This document shows positions 1-9,700 of a stretch of 64,000 bases of DNA, piece by piece. Both the position numbers and the translations under genes were made by a program. The notes under the pieces are model-generated. The model was not told the DNA's origin, did not search any database, and worked only from the letters and a program-made list of their open reading frames with translations. This DNA is from a virus (Duplodnaviria; Heunggongvirae; Uroviricota; Caudoviricetes), in the IMG/VR virus record IMGVR_UViG_3300014204_000143; one strand, given 5' to 3'. The stretch's first letter is position 1; each line of letters starts with the position of its first letter.

Positions 1-414
1 TCGTCGACTAGTAGTTCAACTTCTTCGAGTACATCTAGTTCAACTTCATCGTCTACAAGTTCTTCAACTTCAAGTTCTACGTCTTCATCAACAAGTAGTT
101 CAACGTCTAGTTCTACTAGTAGCTCTACATCTTCATCAACTAGTAGTTCAACGTCTTCATCAACAAGTAGTTCTACCAGTTCTTCAACTTCAAGTTCAAC
201 AAGTTCTTCAACAAGTTCAACCTCTAGTTCGACAAGTAGTTCGACATCTAGTTCAACTAGTAGTTCTACGAGTTCGCTCCCAATAGAAATTGAAGACTGG
301 ATACCAAAGGCAGATATTGGAAAAAATACGTATCGAGGGAAAATACAAATAGATAGTTATGTAGGAAAAGGAGGTTATGAAAATATAAAAGCAGATTTAA
401 TAGATAGAATTTAA
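1..414 (+). CDS. C-terminal part of a Ser/Thr-rich (STSSS)n repeat protein; the 5' end lies outside the window
   Basis: Frame 1 is open from position 1 and reads STSSS repeats, then ...LPIEIEDWIPKADIGKNTYRGKIQIDSYVGKGGYENIKADLIDRI, ending at TAA 412-414. It resembles the C-terminus of the next gene. Confidence 0.55.
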   Translation, partial: SSTSSSTSSSTSSSTSSSTSSSTSSSTSSSTSSSTSSSTSSSTSSSTSSSTSSSTSSSTSSSTSSSTSSSTSSTSSSTSSSTSSSTSSSTSSLPIEIEDWIPKADIGKNTYRGKIQIDSYVGKGGYENIKADLIDRI

Positions 415-419
415 TAAAT

Positions 420-3275
420 ATGGCTACACTTTATTGGTACGGTGGTTCAGGAAATTTTAGTTCAGCATCAGGTCACTGGAGTACAAACTCTGGCAATGTT
501 CCTGCGGCTGACCACGTAGCACCAACATCAACAGATGATGTTATTTTTGATACTTCAAGTTCTGTAGCAGAAGCTGCTTATACTGTAACTATTGATGCAA
601 CTGCTAATTGTCAGAACTTTACAATGGATGGACCAAGTGCCACTGATGCCACTAAAGTAACTTGGGCTGGAAGTTCCACATTAAATATTTATGGAAATAT
701 TAATTTGAGTGGAGGTACGGCAGGAATTACTTCAACATATAGTGGTGGAATAAATATGGCCGCCACTAGTGGAACAAAAACTATTGATTTTAATTCTGTT
801 ATTCATCTAGGTCGTTTGTTGTTTGGTATATACGGTAGTGACTCCGCTACTTTTCAATTATCCAGAGATATTGAATTAGCATTTGTAGGTGGTGCTTCAT
901 CTTATTTTGGGTTAGATTATGGAGCGTTTGATGCTAATGGAAAAACGGTTACTCTTAATATCTCCTCTACGGATGGTATTAGAGGTCCAATAACATTTTA
1001 TAATTTAATTTTACTAGGGGTTGCAAGAAATGACAACAAAGTAACTTTAAATTCTAATATAACAGTTTCTAATACCCTAACAATAACTGGAGGTTCCGCT
1101 ATTAACCGTATTTTAGTGGAATCTAATACAATTGGAACTTCTAGAACGATAACTGCAGCTGCCATCTCAATCTCTAATGCCGATTTCCAAGATATTACTG
1201 GTGCTGGTGATGCAACTTGGGATATGTCTGCTATTACTGGGGGTTCTGGTAATTGTGGTGGAAACTCAATGAAAGCATTGGGTGATGCTGCCTTTACTAC
1301 CGCAGATACTTGGTACTGGCATGCTGATACTGGTAATGTTTCAGACTACACAAAATGGTATACAGAAACTAATGGTGGTGGCTCACAAATGGCTTCCACC
1401 TTAGTTCCACTACCTCAAGATACCTTAAGATTTGATGACAGTTCTTTTAATAGTGGTTCACAAACGATAACTCAGAACATGCCTCGTATTGGAAGTATTG
1501 ATTTTACAGGAGCGACTAATACACCCACATTTACAACCTCAACAGTGGCTTCAGTGTTTGGTTCTATTACCTTAATAAGTGGGATGACTTTGACGGCTTC
1601 AACTCAGGTATATACTTTTGAAGGAAGAAACAGTTATTTTTTAACAAATGCAGGAAAATCTTGGGGAAAAGCAATTATAATAAACGCCCCAAATGGTTCA
1701 TTAACATTAAAAGATGATTACAATTCTATTGCTTCAATAACTTTGACTAACGGTACTTTTAGTGCAGTAGATGGTGCTATAAATTCAAATGTTACTTTGA
1801 GTGCACTTTTATCAAATAATACTAATACTGGAAGAACACTTACAATGGGTTCTGGATTATGGACATTTTCTACAGAAGCAGTGAGTTTTGTTTTAATAAA
1901 TGCTACCAATCTTACTTTTACTTCTACTACCTCAACAATAAAACTTACAGCAGTTTTGACTGGTAATAGATTTTTTAGTGGAGGAGGATTAACTTTTGGA
2001 AACTTTTGGAATGCGACTACTGGTGCATATTCAATAATAATGTCAACTTCTGATTATTTCAACGACTTTAAAATAGACGCTGGTAGAGAAGTTAATTTTA
2101 CAAACTCAACAACAACAACTGTAAACACATTTACTGCTTTAGGAACATCTGGTTCACATATAGTAATTCATAACACTTCAGGAACAACTCACGCTACTCT
2201 TACTAAAGCAGGTGGGGGATTAATAACTGGTTGTGATTACATAGACATTCAAGAAATGACAGGGAGTCCTATTTCTACTTGGTATATAGGTTCGAATTCT
2301 ACTGACACTGGAAGCACTTGTACAAATATTTATTTAGAAAATACACCAACAACAACGTCAAGTAGTTCTAGTACATCAAGTTCAACTTCAAGTTCTACTA
2401 GCTCATCAACCTCAAGTTCAACGTCTAGCTCGACAAGTAGTTCTACAAGTTCTAGCACATCTAGTTCGACCTCAAGCAGTACATCTAGTTCAACATCAAG
2501 TAGCACTAGCTCATCGACTTCAAGTTCAACAAGTTCTTCGACTTCAAGTTCAACAAGTAGCTCGACTAGTTCTTCAACTTCAAGTTCGACTACTAGTTCT
2601 TCAACTTCGTCAAGTACGTCTAGTTCGACTTCAAGTTCTACAAGTTCTTCGACTTCAAGTTCTACGTCTAGCTCAACATCTAGTTCTACAAGTTCTTCAA
2701 CTTCGTCAAGTACGTCTAGTTCTACTTCAAGTTCTACAAGTTCTTCAACTTCAAGTTCTACGTCTAGTTCAACATCTAGTTCTACTAGCTCATCGACTTC
2801 AAGTTCTACGTCTAGTTCAACTAGTTCGACTTCAAGTTCTACTAGTTCTTCGACTTCAAGTTCTACGTCTAGCTCAACATCTAGTTCTACTTCAAGCTCT
2901 ACAAGTTCTTCAACCAGTAGTTCTACGTCTAGTTCAACTTCAAGTTCAACGTCTAGTTCGACTTCAAGCTCAACGTCTTCATCTACGAGTAGTTCTACTA
3001 GTTCATCAACTAGTTCTAGCACGTCTAGCTCAACATCTAGCTCAACTAGCTCATCAACCTCGAGTTCAACGTCTAGTTCAACTAGTTCAACATCTAGTTC
3101 GACTAGTAGTTCGACTAGTTCTTCAACGTCTAGTTCAACATCTAGCTCAACTAGTTCTTCAACTTCAAGTTCAACGTCTAGTTCGACGAGTTCTTTGCCT
3201 ATGGAATTTGGATTAACTCATCCATCTGGAAGTATAGGAATATTTACTCTTTATGGAAGCAAACCAAGATATTAA
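420..3275 (+). CDS. Putative tail fibre/adhesin. The N-terminal ~640 aa are Gly/Ser/Thr/Asn-rich and probably beta-rich; the C-terminal ~285 aa are near-perfect (STSSS)n.
   Basis: 951-aa ORF. Its composition and size fit phage fibre proteins. It is immediately followed by more structural-like genes. Confidence 0.55.
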   Translation: MATLYWYGGSGNFSSASGHWSTNSGNVPAADHVAPTSTDDVIFDTSSSVAEAAYTVTIDATANCQNFTMDGPSATDATKVTWAGSSTLNIYGNINLSGGTAGITSTYSGGINMAATSGTKTIDFNSVIHLGRLLFGIYGSDSATFQLSRDIELAFVGGASSYFGLDYGAFDANGKTVTLNISSTDGIRGPITFYNLILLGVARNDNKVTLNSNITVSNTLTITGGSAINRILVESNTIGTSRTITAAAISISNADFQDITGAGDATWDMSAITGGSGNCGGNSMKALGDAAFTTADTWYWHADTGNVSDYTKWYTETNGGGSQMASTLVPLPQDTLRFDDSSFNSGSQTITQNMPRIGSIDFTGATNTPTFTTSTVASVFGSITLISGMTLTASTQVYTFEGRNSYFLTNAGKSWGKAIIINAPNGSLTLKDDYNSIASITLTNGTFSAVDGAINSNVTLSALLSNNTNTGRTLTMGSGLWTFSTEAVSFVLINATNLTFTSTTSTIKLTAVLTGNRFFSGGGLTFGNFWNATTGAYSIIMSTSDYFNDFKIDAGREVNFTNSTTTTVNTFTALGTSGSHIVIHNTSGTTHATLTKAGGGLITGCDYIDIQEMTGSPISTWYIGSNSTDTGSTCTNIYLENTPTTTSSSSSTSSSTSSSTSSSTSSSTSSSTSSSTSSSTSSSTSSSTSSSTSSSTSSSTSSSTSSSTSSSTSSSTSSSTSSSTTSSSTSSSTSSSTSSSTSSSTSSSTSSSTSSSTSSSTSSSTSSSTSSSTSSSTSSSTSSSTSSSTSSSTSSSTSSSTSSTSSSTSSSTSSSTSSSTSSSTSSSTSSSTSSSTSSSTSSSTSSSTSSSTSSSTSSSTSSSTSSSTSSSTSSSTSSSTSSSTSSSTSSTSSSTSSSTSSSTSSSTSSSTSSSTSSSTSSSTSSLPMEFGLTHPSGSIGIFTLYGSKPRY
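2356..3195 (+). repeat. In-frame tandem repeat with a 15-nt period encoding (STSSS)n. Synonymous codons are shuffled between units.
   Basis: Direct reading: units such as agt tct acg tct agt, agc tca aca tct agt and so on. The protein repeat is perfect while the DNA repeat is degenerate. The same repeat type occurs at 1-290 and 5060-5225. Confidence 0.9.
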
Positions 3276-3276
3276 T

Positions 3277-3379
3277 AGCTAGTTTATCCCGCTGGGTTAG
3301 CATTAGTTATTTACAACTAGTTTATCCCATTGGGTTGACGTTAGTTATTTATAACTAATGTTATAATTAATAAATAAAG
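3277..3379 (+). promoter_or_regulatory. Two tandem copies of a ~38-bp element (TTTATCCC-N3-TGGGTT-N4-TTAGTTAT) followed by an extended -10 (TGTTATAAT at 3359-3367), ~20 nt upstream of ATG 3388
   Basis: Seen directly. The same element plus TGTTATAAT recurs at 11933-11991, upstream of ATG 12017. Confidence 0.45.
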
Positions 3380-3387
3380 TAAAAAAA

Positions 3388-4788
3388 ATGATAACAATTA
3401 GAGCCGACAATCTTATTCTTACAAAAAACTCTCCATATTCGTATTTGAATACCAATTATATTGCAGGTGTCACAGATATGGTGGTTGTTAATTGGATTGA
3501 TTTTAAACCAGATGACTACGTTTTAATTGGAGAATGGGGTTCAGAAAACACAGAAATTGTTCAAGTATCTTCTATAAAGGGGTCTACAAATACAATTACC
3601 CTTAAGGTTGCAAGTAAATTCTCTCATGCTGAAAGTACAAAAGTAACCATTATTAGATATAATATGGTGTTGTTTTATCACACAACAACTACCACATTTT
3701 CTACTGGAACTCACGTTAGACAAAAATCATATCTTGGAAATGATACTACTCAATTTGATATAACTAATCCAGCAGGAACAACATTTAGATATACTTGGGA
3801 CGGAACAGGAACTAATCCATTAATTGCAGACTTCGCAGTAATCGGAAATTCGGTTTATATTTCTGCTCAAAACTTTAATGCTAGCAATAATGGAACATTT
3901 GTTATAACAGGAAAAGGAACTAATTATTTTGAAGTTACTAATGCTTCTGGTGTAATTGAATCTAATAAAACAATTGGAACTGGTTCGGTTGCTATTAAAT
4001 CAGATAGACTTGCAATTGCCTCTGATAGTCAATTTACTGATATTTTTGATGATACTTATACAACTGGATATGGTTGGTATTTATTTTATAACTCTACCAC
4101 TGATACTGTAACTCAACAAAGTAATTATATCCCCTATAGTGGATTTGAAGAAGACTCAACCAAGAGTGTTCTCGACAGATTCTTTGATATTCTCTCTAAC
4201 TCTGAACAGAAACTTATTACAACTGATATGGCCTACTCGTGGATGAATGAGGGTTATTCTAAAATATATAATGCTCTCGGACTAGTTAATAAAGAATATA
4301 ACTCACCAAGTTCAGTTACAATCACAACTACTTCTGGAACAGCTGAGTATCTTATTTCTACTTATATGACAGATTTTGCAGATATTATTTCTGTTTATTG
4401 TGGCACTGAAGATAACGAAGTTGGAAATATATCACTAGACAAAATAGATGGTTGGAATTCCGAAACCGACAACACTGTTAAATATTTTATTCGAGGGAAT
4501 TATATTGGTTTTTCTCCAGTTCCAGCGGCGGCAACTGCTTATACAATTCGCTATGCCACGAAGTCAGCAACGGTCTCAAGCTATATTGATGAATTAAATT
4601 TACCAGATGGAAGTTTCTACTGCGTGACTGACTGGATGCTTTTTAGAGCCAGTATGAAGGCTAGTAGTATTGATGGAGCAATGCACAAAAACTTATTTGA
4701 TGAAGCTGTTAAGGTAATGCAATTAGTTTCTCACAAAAGAGACGCTAATCTAGATAGTTGGGGAATTGCTAATAACGCTAACGTTTAA
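3388..4788 (+). CDS. Structural (tail-fibre/baseplate-like) protein carrying one copy of the 'FDITNPAGTTFRYTWDGTG' repeat domain
   Basis: 466-aa ORF. Residues ~120-200 match the repeat domain found six times in ORF 6762..11708. Preceded by the promoter-like element. Confidence 0.5.
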   Translation: MITIRADNLILTKNSPYSYLNTNYIAGVTDMVVVNWIDFKPDDYVLIGEWGSENTEIVQVSSIKGSTNTITLKVASKFSHAESTKVTIIRYNMVLFYHTTTTTFSTGTHVRQKSYLGNDTTQFDITNPAGTTFRYTWDGTGTNPLIADFAVIGNSVYISAQNFNASNNGTFVITGKGTNYFEVTNASGVIESNKTIGTGSVAIKSDRLAIASDSQFTDIFDDTYTTGYGWYLFYNSTTDTVTQQSNYIPYSGFEEDSTKSVLDRFFDILSNSEQKLITTDMAYSWMNEGYSKIYNALGLVNKEYNSPSSVTITTTSGTAEYLISTYMTDFADIISVYCGTEDNEVGNISLDKIDGWNSETDNTVKYFIRGNYIGFSPVPAAATAYTIRYATKSATVSSYIDELNLPDGSFYCVTDWMLFRASMKASSIDGAMHKNLFDEAVKVMQLVSHKRDANLDSWGIANNANV

Positions 4789-4790
4789 TT

Positions 4791-5234
4791 ATGGCAGGTA
4801 GTAAAACAAAAAACTCTCAACGACTTACAATTCAATACTTCGAAGGTGTCAACGCTCAGGTTGGAAATAACTTATCTAAAACAACCGAACTCAGGCACGT
4901 CGAAAACGCCAGAAGTAATAAAATTGGAATCATCGAGAAGCGGACTGGTAAAACTTTAACAGGAGATGATGTGGATACATTAAGTGTCTACTCCTTGTTT
5001 TATTTTGATAACGCTGGAGCAACAAATACGGGACTCTATATGGTGATAGATTTCAATAATAGTACAACCACCTCATCGACTTCTTCAAGCACTTCAAGTT
5101 CAACTACGTTTACAAGTTCAACAAGTAGTTCTACTTCGTCTAGTACGTCATCGAGCACGTCTAGTTCGACTACCTTTACAAGTTCAACTTCATCGTCAAC
5201 ATCTTCATCAACTAGTTCAACAACTACTTTATAA
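4791..5234 (+). CDS. Small structural-module protein with a C-terminal STSSS-repeat tail
   Basis: 147-aa ORF. The C-terminal ~50 aa are STSSS/TTFTSS repeats. Tightly coupled to its neighbours. Confidence 0.45.
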   Translation: MAGSKTKNSQRLTIQYFEGVNAQVGNNLSKTTELRHVENARSNKIGIIEKRTGKTLTGDDVDTLSVYSLFYFDNAGATNTGLYMVIDFNNSTTTSSTSSSTSSSTTFTSSTSSSTSSSTSSSTSSSTTFTSSTSSSTSSSTSSTTTL

Positions 5235-5237
5235 AAT

Positions 5238-6761
5238 ATGTCAGCAAAATTATATTATTTAAATACATCAGGAGTTTGGACATTAATGACAGACCCAGAT
5301 TTGGCTGGTCTTGCTAGTGCTAGAGTCGACACAACGGTCGCTGAGGGGTGTTGCTTTATGGTAAACGGAACAAGTAACAACCTCTACATTATGGCAACTG
5401 GAACGACTGTAGTGCCTTCTACGACCGCTACAGGGCATCTGTACAACTCTCCAAAAGCAAGAAAGATAAACTACTATAAAGATAGACTCTACCTCGGAGA
5501 CTATACCGTTGGTTCAATTAGATATAAAAATGGAATTGCACTCTCTTCGAATCCAATGGGAATCCTCTCGCTTATAAATGAGGATGTTACCCCATCAGGT
5601 TCAACGGTTATAAAAGTAACCGATACAAAATATATTAGAACGACTGATTTGTTAGAAGTCTACAGAGGTTCTGTTAAAATAGCAACTTTAACGGTAACTA
5701 AAAAAACAGAAAGTTCTATTACGGCCACAGTTGTATTTGAAATAACTGTCCCAGCAACTACTACATTATTAAGTGCTGACGAACTCTGGGTAAGTGGAAC
5801 TTATAGCGGAACCAGATTGTTTAGATGGTGCGATAGATTTGCGAGTGGTGTTGATGTAAAAGAATATGACAGTTTTAGAATTACTTGTGACCAAAACGAA
5901 AGTATAAAAATGTTAGTTAATATCGGCGATGTTATGATTATTGGAACTGATAATAGTTTAGCCGCCTGGAACGGAACCAATCTTCAAAACTATGATATGG
6001 GAATCGGGTGTGTCAGTGAGAATGGTTATGTTAAACACGGTTATCTTTTCTTTATTCACTATACGGGTATCTATAGAACTTCAGGAGAAAGTCCTCAATT
6101 AATTTCTGATAAAATTAAACCATATATTGATGGAGCAACTAAAAGCGGACTAGAAAGTGCTTGTATGGGAAAGAAAGGTGACAGTATCTTTTGTTATATC
6201 GGAGATGTAACACTCTACAACGAAGATGGCAGTATCGATAAAACTCTAAGCAATGTTACTCTTGAATATAACTTACGACAAGGTAATTGGTTTGTACATA
6301 CTGGAATAGAAATAAAACAGTTCTGTACATACCCACAAGAAACTGATAGCACCTCACTTCAAATAATTGATAACAGTGATAGAAATATTTATGAATTCTT
6401 ATCTGGGGAAACCGACAATGGAACAGTGATTCCTTTTAGAATGGATACCGAAGAAATTAATTTTGGGGGTGAAATTGAAAGTTTATTCTCTTTAAGAAAA
6501 ATAATTTTAGAAGTTGAAAGAGGAACAAACATTCATATCTTTTTAAGTCTAGATGGTGGTGCTTGGTATGAATTAAAAACTACCGCCACTAAGGGAGCAA
6601 ATACAATCGCTATCACTGCCAAGGATGATAATAATAGTGCTCCTCCAAGATGTCGTCGTGTCAGAATAAGTATGCGACACAATGAAAAACAATTATGTAA
6701 AATAAGTAGACTCGCTTTAGAATATAGTTCAAGTATAGAAGAAGAAGAAAATAGAGCATAA
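5238..6761 (+). CDS. Hypothetical virion/tail protein
   Basis: 507-aa ORF inside the co-directional structural block. Its stop overlaps the next start (TAAATG at 6759-6764). Confidence 0.4.
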   Translation: MSAKLYYLNTSGVWTLMTDPDLAGLASARVDTTVAEGCCFMVNGTSNNLYIMATGTTVVPSTTATGHLYNSPKARKINYYKDRLYLGDYTVGSIRYKNGIALSSNPMGILSLINEDVTPSGSTVIKVTDTKYIRTTDLLEVYRGSVKIATLTVTKKTESSITATVVFEITVPATTTLLSADELWVSGTYSGTRLFRWCDRFASGVDVKEYDSFRITCDQNESIKMLVNIGDVMIIGTDNSLAAWNGTNLQNYDMGIGCVSENGYVKHGYLFFIHYTGIYRTSGESPQLISDKIKPYIDGATKSGLESACMGKKGDSIFCYIGDVTLYNEDGSIDKTLSNVTLEYNLRQGNWFVHTGIEIKQFCTYPQETDSTSLQIIDNSDRNIYEFLSGETDNGTVIPFRMDTEEINFGGEIESLFSLRKIILEVERGTNIHIFLSLDGGAWYELKTTATKGANTIAITAKDDNNSAPPRCRRVRISMRHNEKQLCKISRLALEYSSSIEEEENRA

Positions 6762-9700
6762 ATGACTCAAAAAAATTACAATTCAATAGATAATCCCTAC
6801 GATAGTTTTTTAAATCGTACCGATGCTGGAGCGTCAACCGTTGTTAATAGTGGTCAGGAATATGGAGGGACAACTTTTACCGATAGTGGAAATGGTGGTT
6901 CGGCTAGTCCCAATGGTTCTCCAGATGTTTCTAGTCCTAATGATGTTTCTGGGGGTTCGATTCAAGGTTCAAGTTTTCAAAGTATCTGGTTAAAGGACTG
7001 GATTAAATCAAGAAATTACAAACCGAAATCTGTCGGTTTTTATATTGACGGTAAAACTGGTTACGCTGAGTTTGTGAATGTTTATGTGAGTGGTAACATT
7101 CAAGCTTTGTCTGGTTTGATTGGTGGATTTACAATTGGAGCGACAAACTTATCGGCAACCTCTGGTGGAAATACTACAATTGTGTCTAGTGGCTCAACTG
7201 CCTTTAGTGCTGGACCAACTGGTGCTCCAACTTTTTATGTTACTCAGGCTGGAGTTTTAAATGCAACTGGGGCGATTATTTCTGGAACATTAACTGCCAC
7301 AACTGGTTATATTGGAGGTTGGTTAATTAATGCAACTAATTTATCGGCAACTGGAATAATCTTAGACTCTCTAAATCAGCAAATTAAAGTTGGTGCTACT
7401 GACCCAATTATAATTGATGGTTTATTAAAAGAAATTGAAAGTAGTAATTATGTTTCGGGTGCTTTTGGTGCTGGATTCCACTTAGATAGTAATTTATTTG
7501 AAGTTGGTAATATTTCGTGTCGAGGGATGATACGAACTTCTGTATTTCAAAAAGATTTAATTAATGTGATGGGTGGAAGTTTTGTTGTTCTTGATGGTGA
7601 TATTTTAGATACAACGATGACTGCACTTGACACCGCAACTATTACAACCAAAGGAACGGTCAATTTTTCAATCAATGATATATTAAGAATTAAAGAAGAT
7701 ATTGACGATGAATGGTTTAGAGTTACAAACGTTTCTGGACATCCAACTTATGTTGTCACAAGAGACTTGGCTGGAATGTATCCATCAAATACAAATCCAT
7801 GCTGGACAAAGGGATCAACTATTGTAAATTATAGACAGAGTGGAGATGGTGGAGTTTTTATGACAGCAACAGAAACGGATGCACCTTATCTTAGTATTTT
7901 TGACCATGCAGGTTCTCCGTGGACTACGATTAATACTAGACTTAGACTTGGTAATTTAAACGGATTTTTAGGTTACTCTTCTGACTTATATGGAATTGCA
8001 ATTGGAGAAACCAATTCATACTTAAAATATGATACCGACAATGGATTAAGAATTAAAGGAGATATTACAATTACAGGGGGGAATGCTTCTGTAACATTTT
8101 ATGAATCAACTGAACCAGTATCTGGAATGAAGGCTGGTGATTATTGGGTTGATTCAGATGACAATTCTCTTCATGTATATCAGGGAGGTGTATGGGTACT
8201 TGTTGCCGCATCGGGAGTTAAAGTTTTTTCTGCTGAACCAACCACTCCTTATCATGTTGGAGATTTATGGGCAAGCGGAGTCTTTCTTAAAATATGTAAT
8301 CATGAACTACTAACTGGTGTTTATAATCCTTTAGACTGGAGTTATGCTACTGGATATACCGATGATACTGTAGCAAATTCTAAAATAAAAACGTTTATTC
8401 AAACAACAATTCCAACTTCTATTTCTGCTGGAGATTTGTGGATTGATTCCGATGATGGAAACAAACTTTATCGTGCAACTAATGCGGGGGATACAACAAT
8501 TGGTCCAACGGCGTGGGTAGTTGTTCCAATTGACTTTGCTAATATAAATGGTGCAACTAAACCAGAAAATAATGCTACCGTTGGAGCTACTTGGGGAACA
8601 AATCTTGTAAACATTCCAGGAACATTGGGAACTCCAACTGGAACTGGTTTGTTTCTTTCTTCCACTCATTTAGGTTTCTATGATGCTCCAAATTGGAAAA
8701 CATATATGGATAGTTATGGGAATTTTTATTTAGGAGGGACTTCTGGTAAATTACAGTGGGTTGCTGGAACAAATACTCTCACAATTACTGGTATTATAAA
8801 TGCCGATAGTGGAACAATTGGAGGATTTACTCTTGGTGCTGATTATATTCGTGATTCTGCTAATGGTGTTGGATTAGCATCAACTGTTAGTGGTGGAGAC
8901 GATGTTAGGTTTTGGGCTGGAGATACTTTTGCCAATAGAGATATTGCTCCATTTAGAGTTTATGAATCTGGTAATGTAGTTATGGAGAGAATCACAGCTT
9001 CAAATATTCAAGCATATGATGCTATTGTAGATATAAATGGTGGAGGAGACTATTATGATTTATATGGTGCAGTTTTAAATGGTGCTAAAAAGATATTTAT
9101 TAGAAACGGTGAATATATTTTGACTTCACAACTAGATATTGCACAAGAAAATGTAAAAATTGAAGGACAGTCTCGTGATAAAACAATCATAACTAGAGCA
9201 AGAGGTGGTAATAATATTTATTTTTTATTGGGTGATGGAACTACTCAATGGGACGTAACTAATCCAGCAGGAACAACATTTAGATACACATGGAATGGTC
9301 AAGGTTATGAACCAGATTTTTCTAAACTAAAAGATGGCTATAATATATTGATAGAATCAAGTAGTGGAACTAGTTATCTTGATTATGATAATACTGGAAA
9401 TTTTTGTATTACTGGAACTGGAACTACTTATTTTGAAATTACTAATTCTTCTGGTGTTGTAGAAACTGGAAAAACAATTGGACTTGACGATACTAGTTAT
9501 ATAAAGATAAGACCAAAAGCTATATATGGTTATGCTACTGGTGGTGGTGGTGGAAACCTAACAGAATATACAGTTACTAATCCAGTTGGAACAACGTGGA
9601 GATACACCTATACTGGAGTTGGAGGAGACCCAGATATAACTACTAGAGTTAAGGTTGGAATGTTAGTTGATATGATTGATTCTTCATTTTCTACTAATAA

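Noticed and set aside
2330-3022. 230-aa minus-strand ORF (LELVDELVE... repeats) inside the 951-aa gene
   Set aside because: It is the reverse-complement reading of the STSSS-coding repeat, an artefact of the repeat's periodicity rather than a gene.
1-5234. CRISPR array, suggested by the 15-nt periodic repeats
   Set aside because: The repeats are in-frame coding (STSSS) units with no spacer/repeat alternation, no leader and no cas genes.
8331-8772. Three small minus-strand ORFs within the 1648-aa fibre gene
   Set aside because: They are fully embedded antisense in a long, well-supported ORF, and are low-complexity with no signals.
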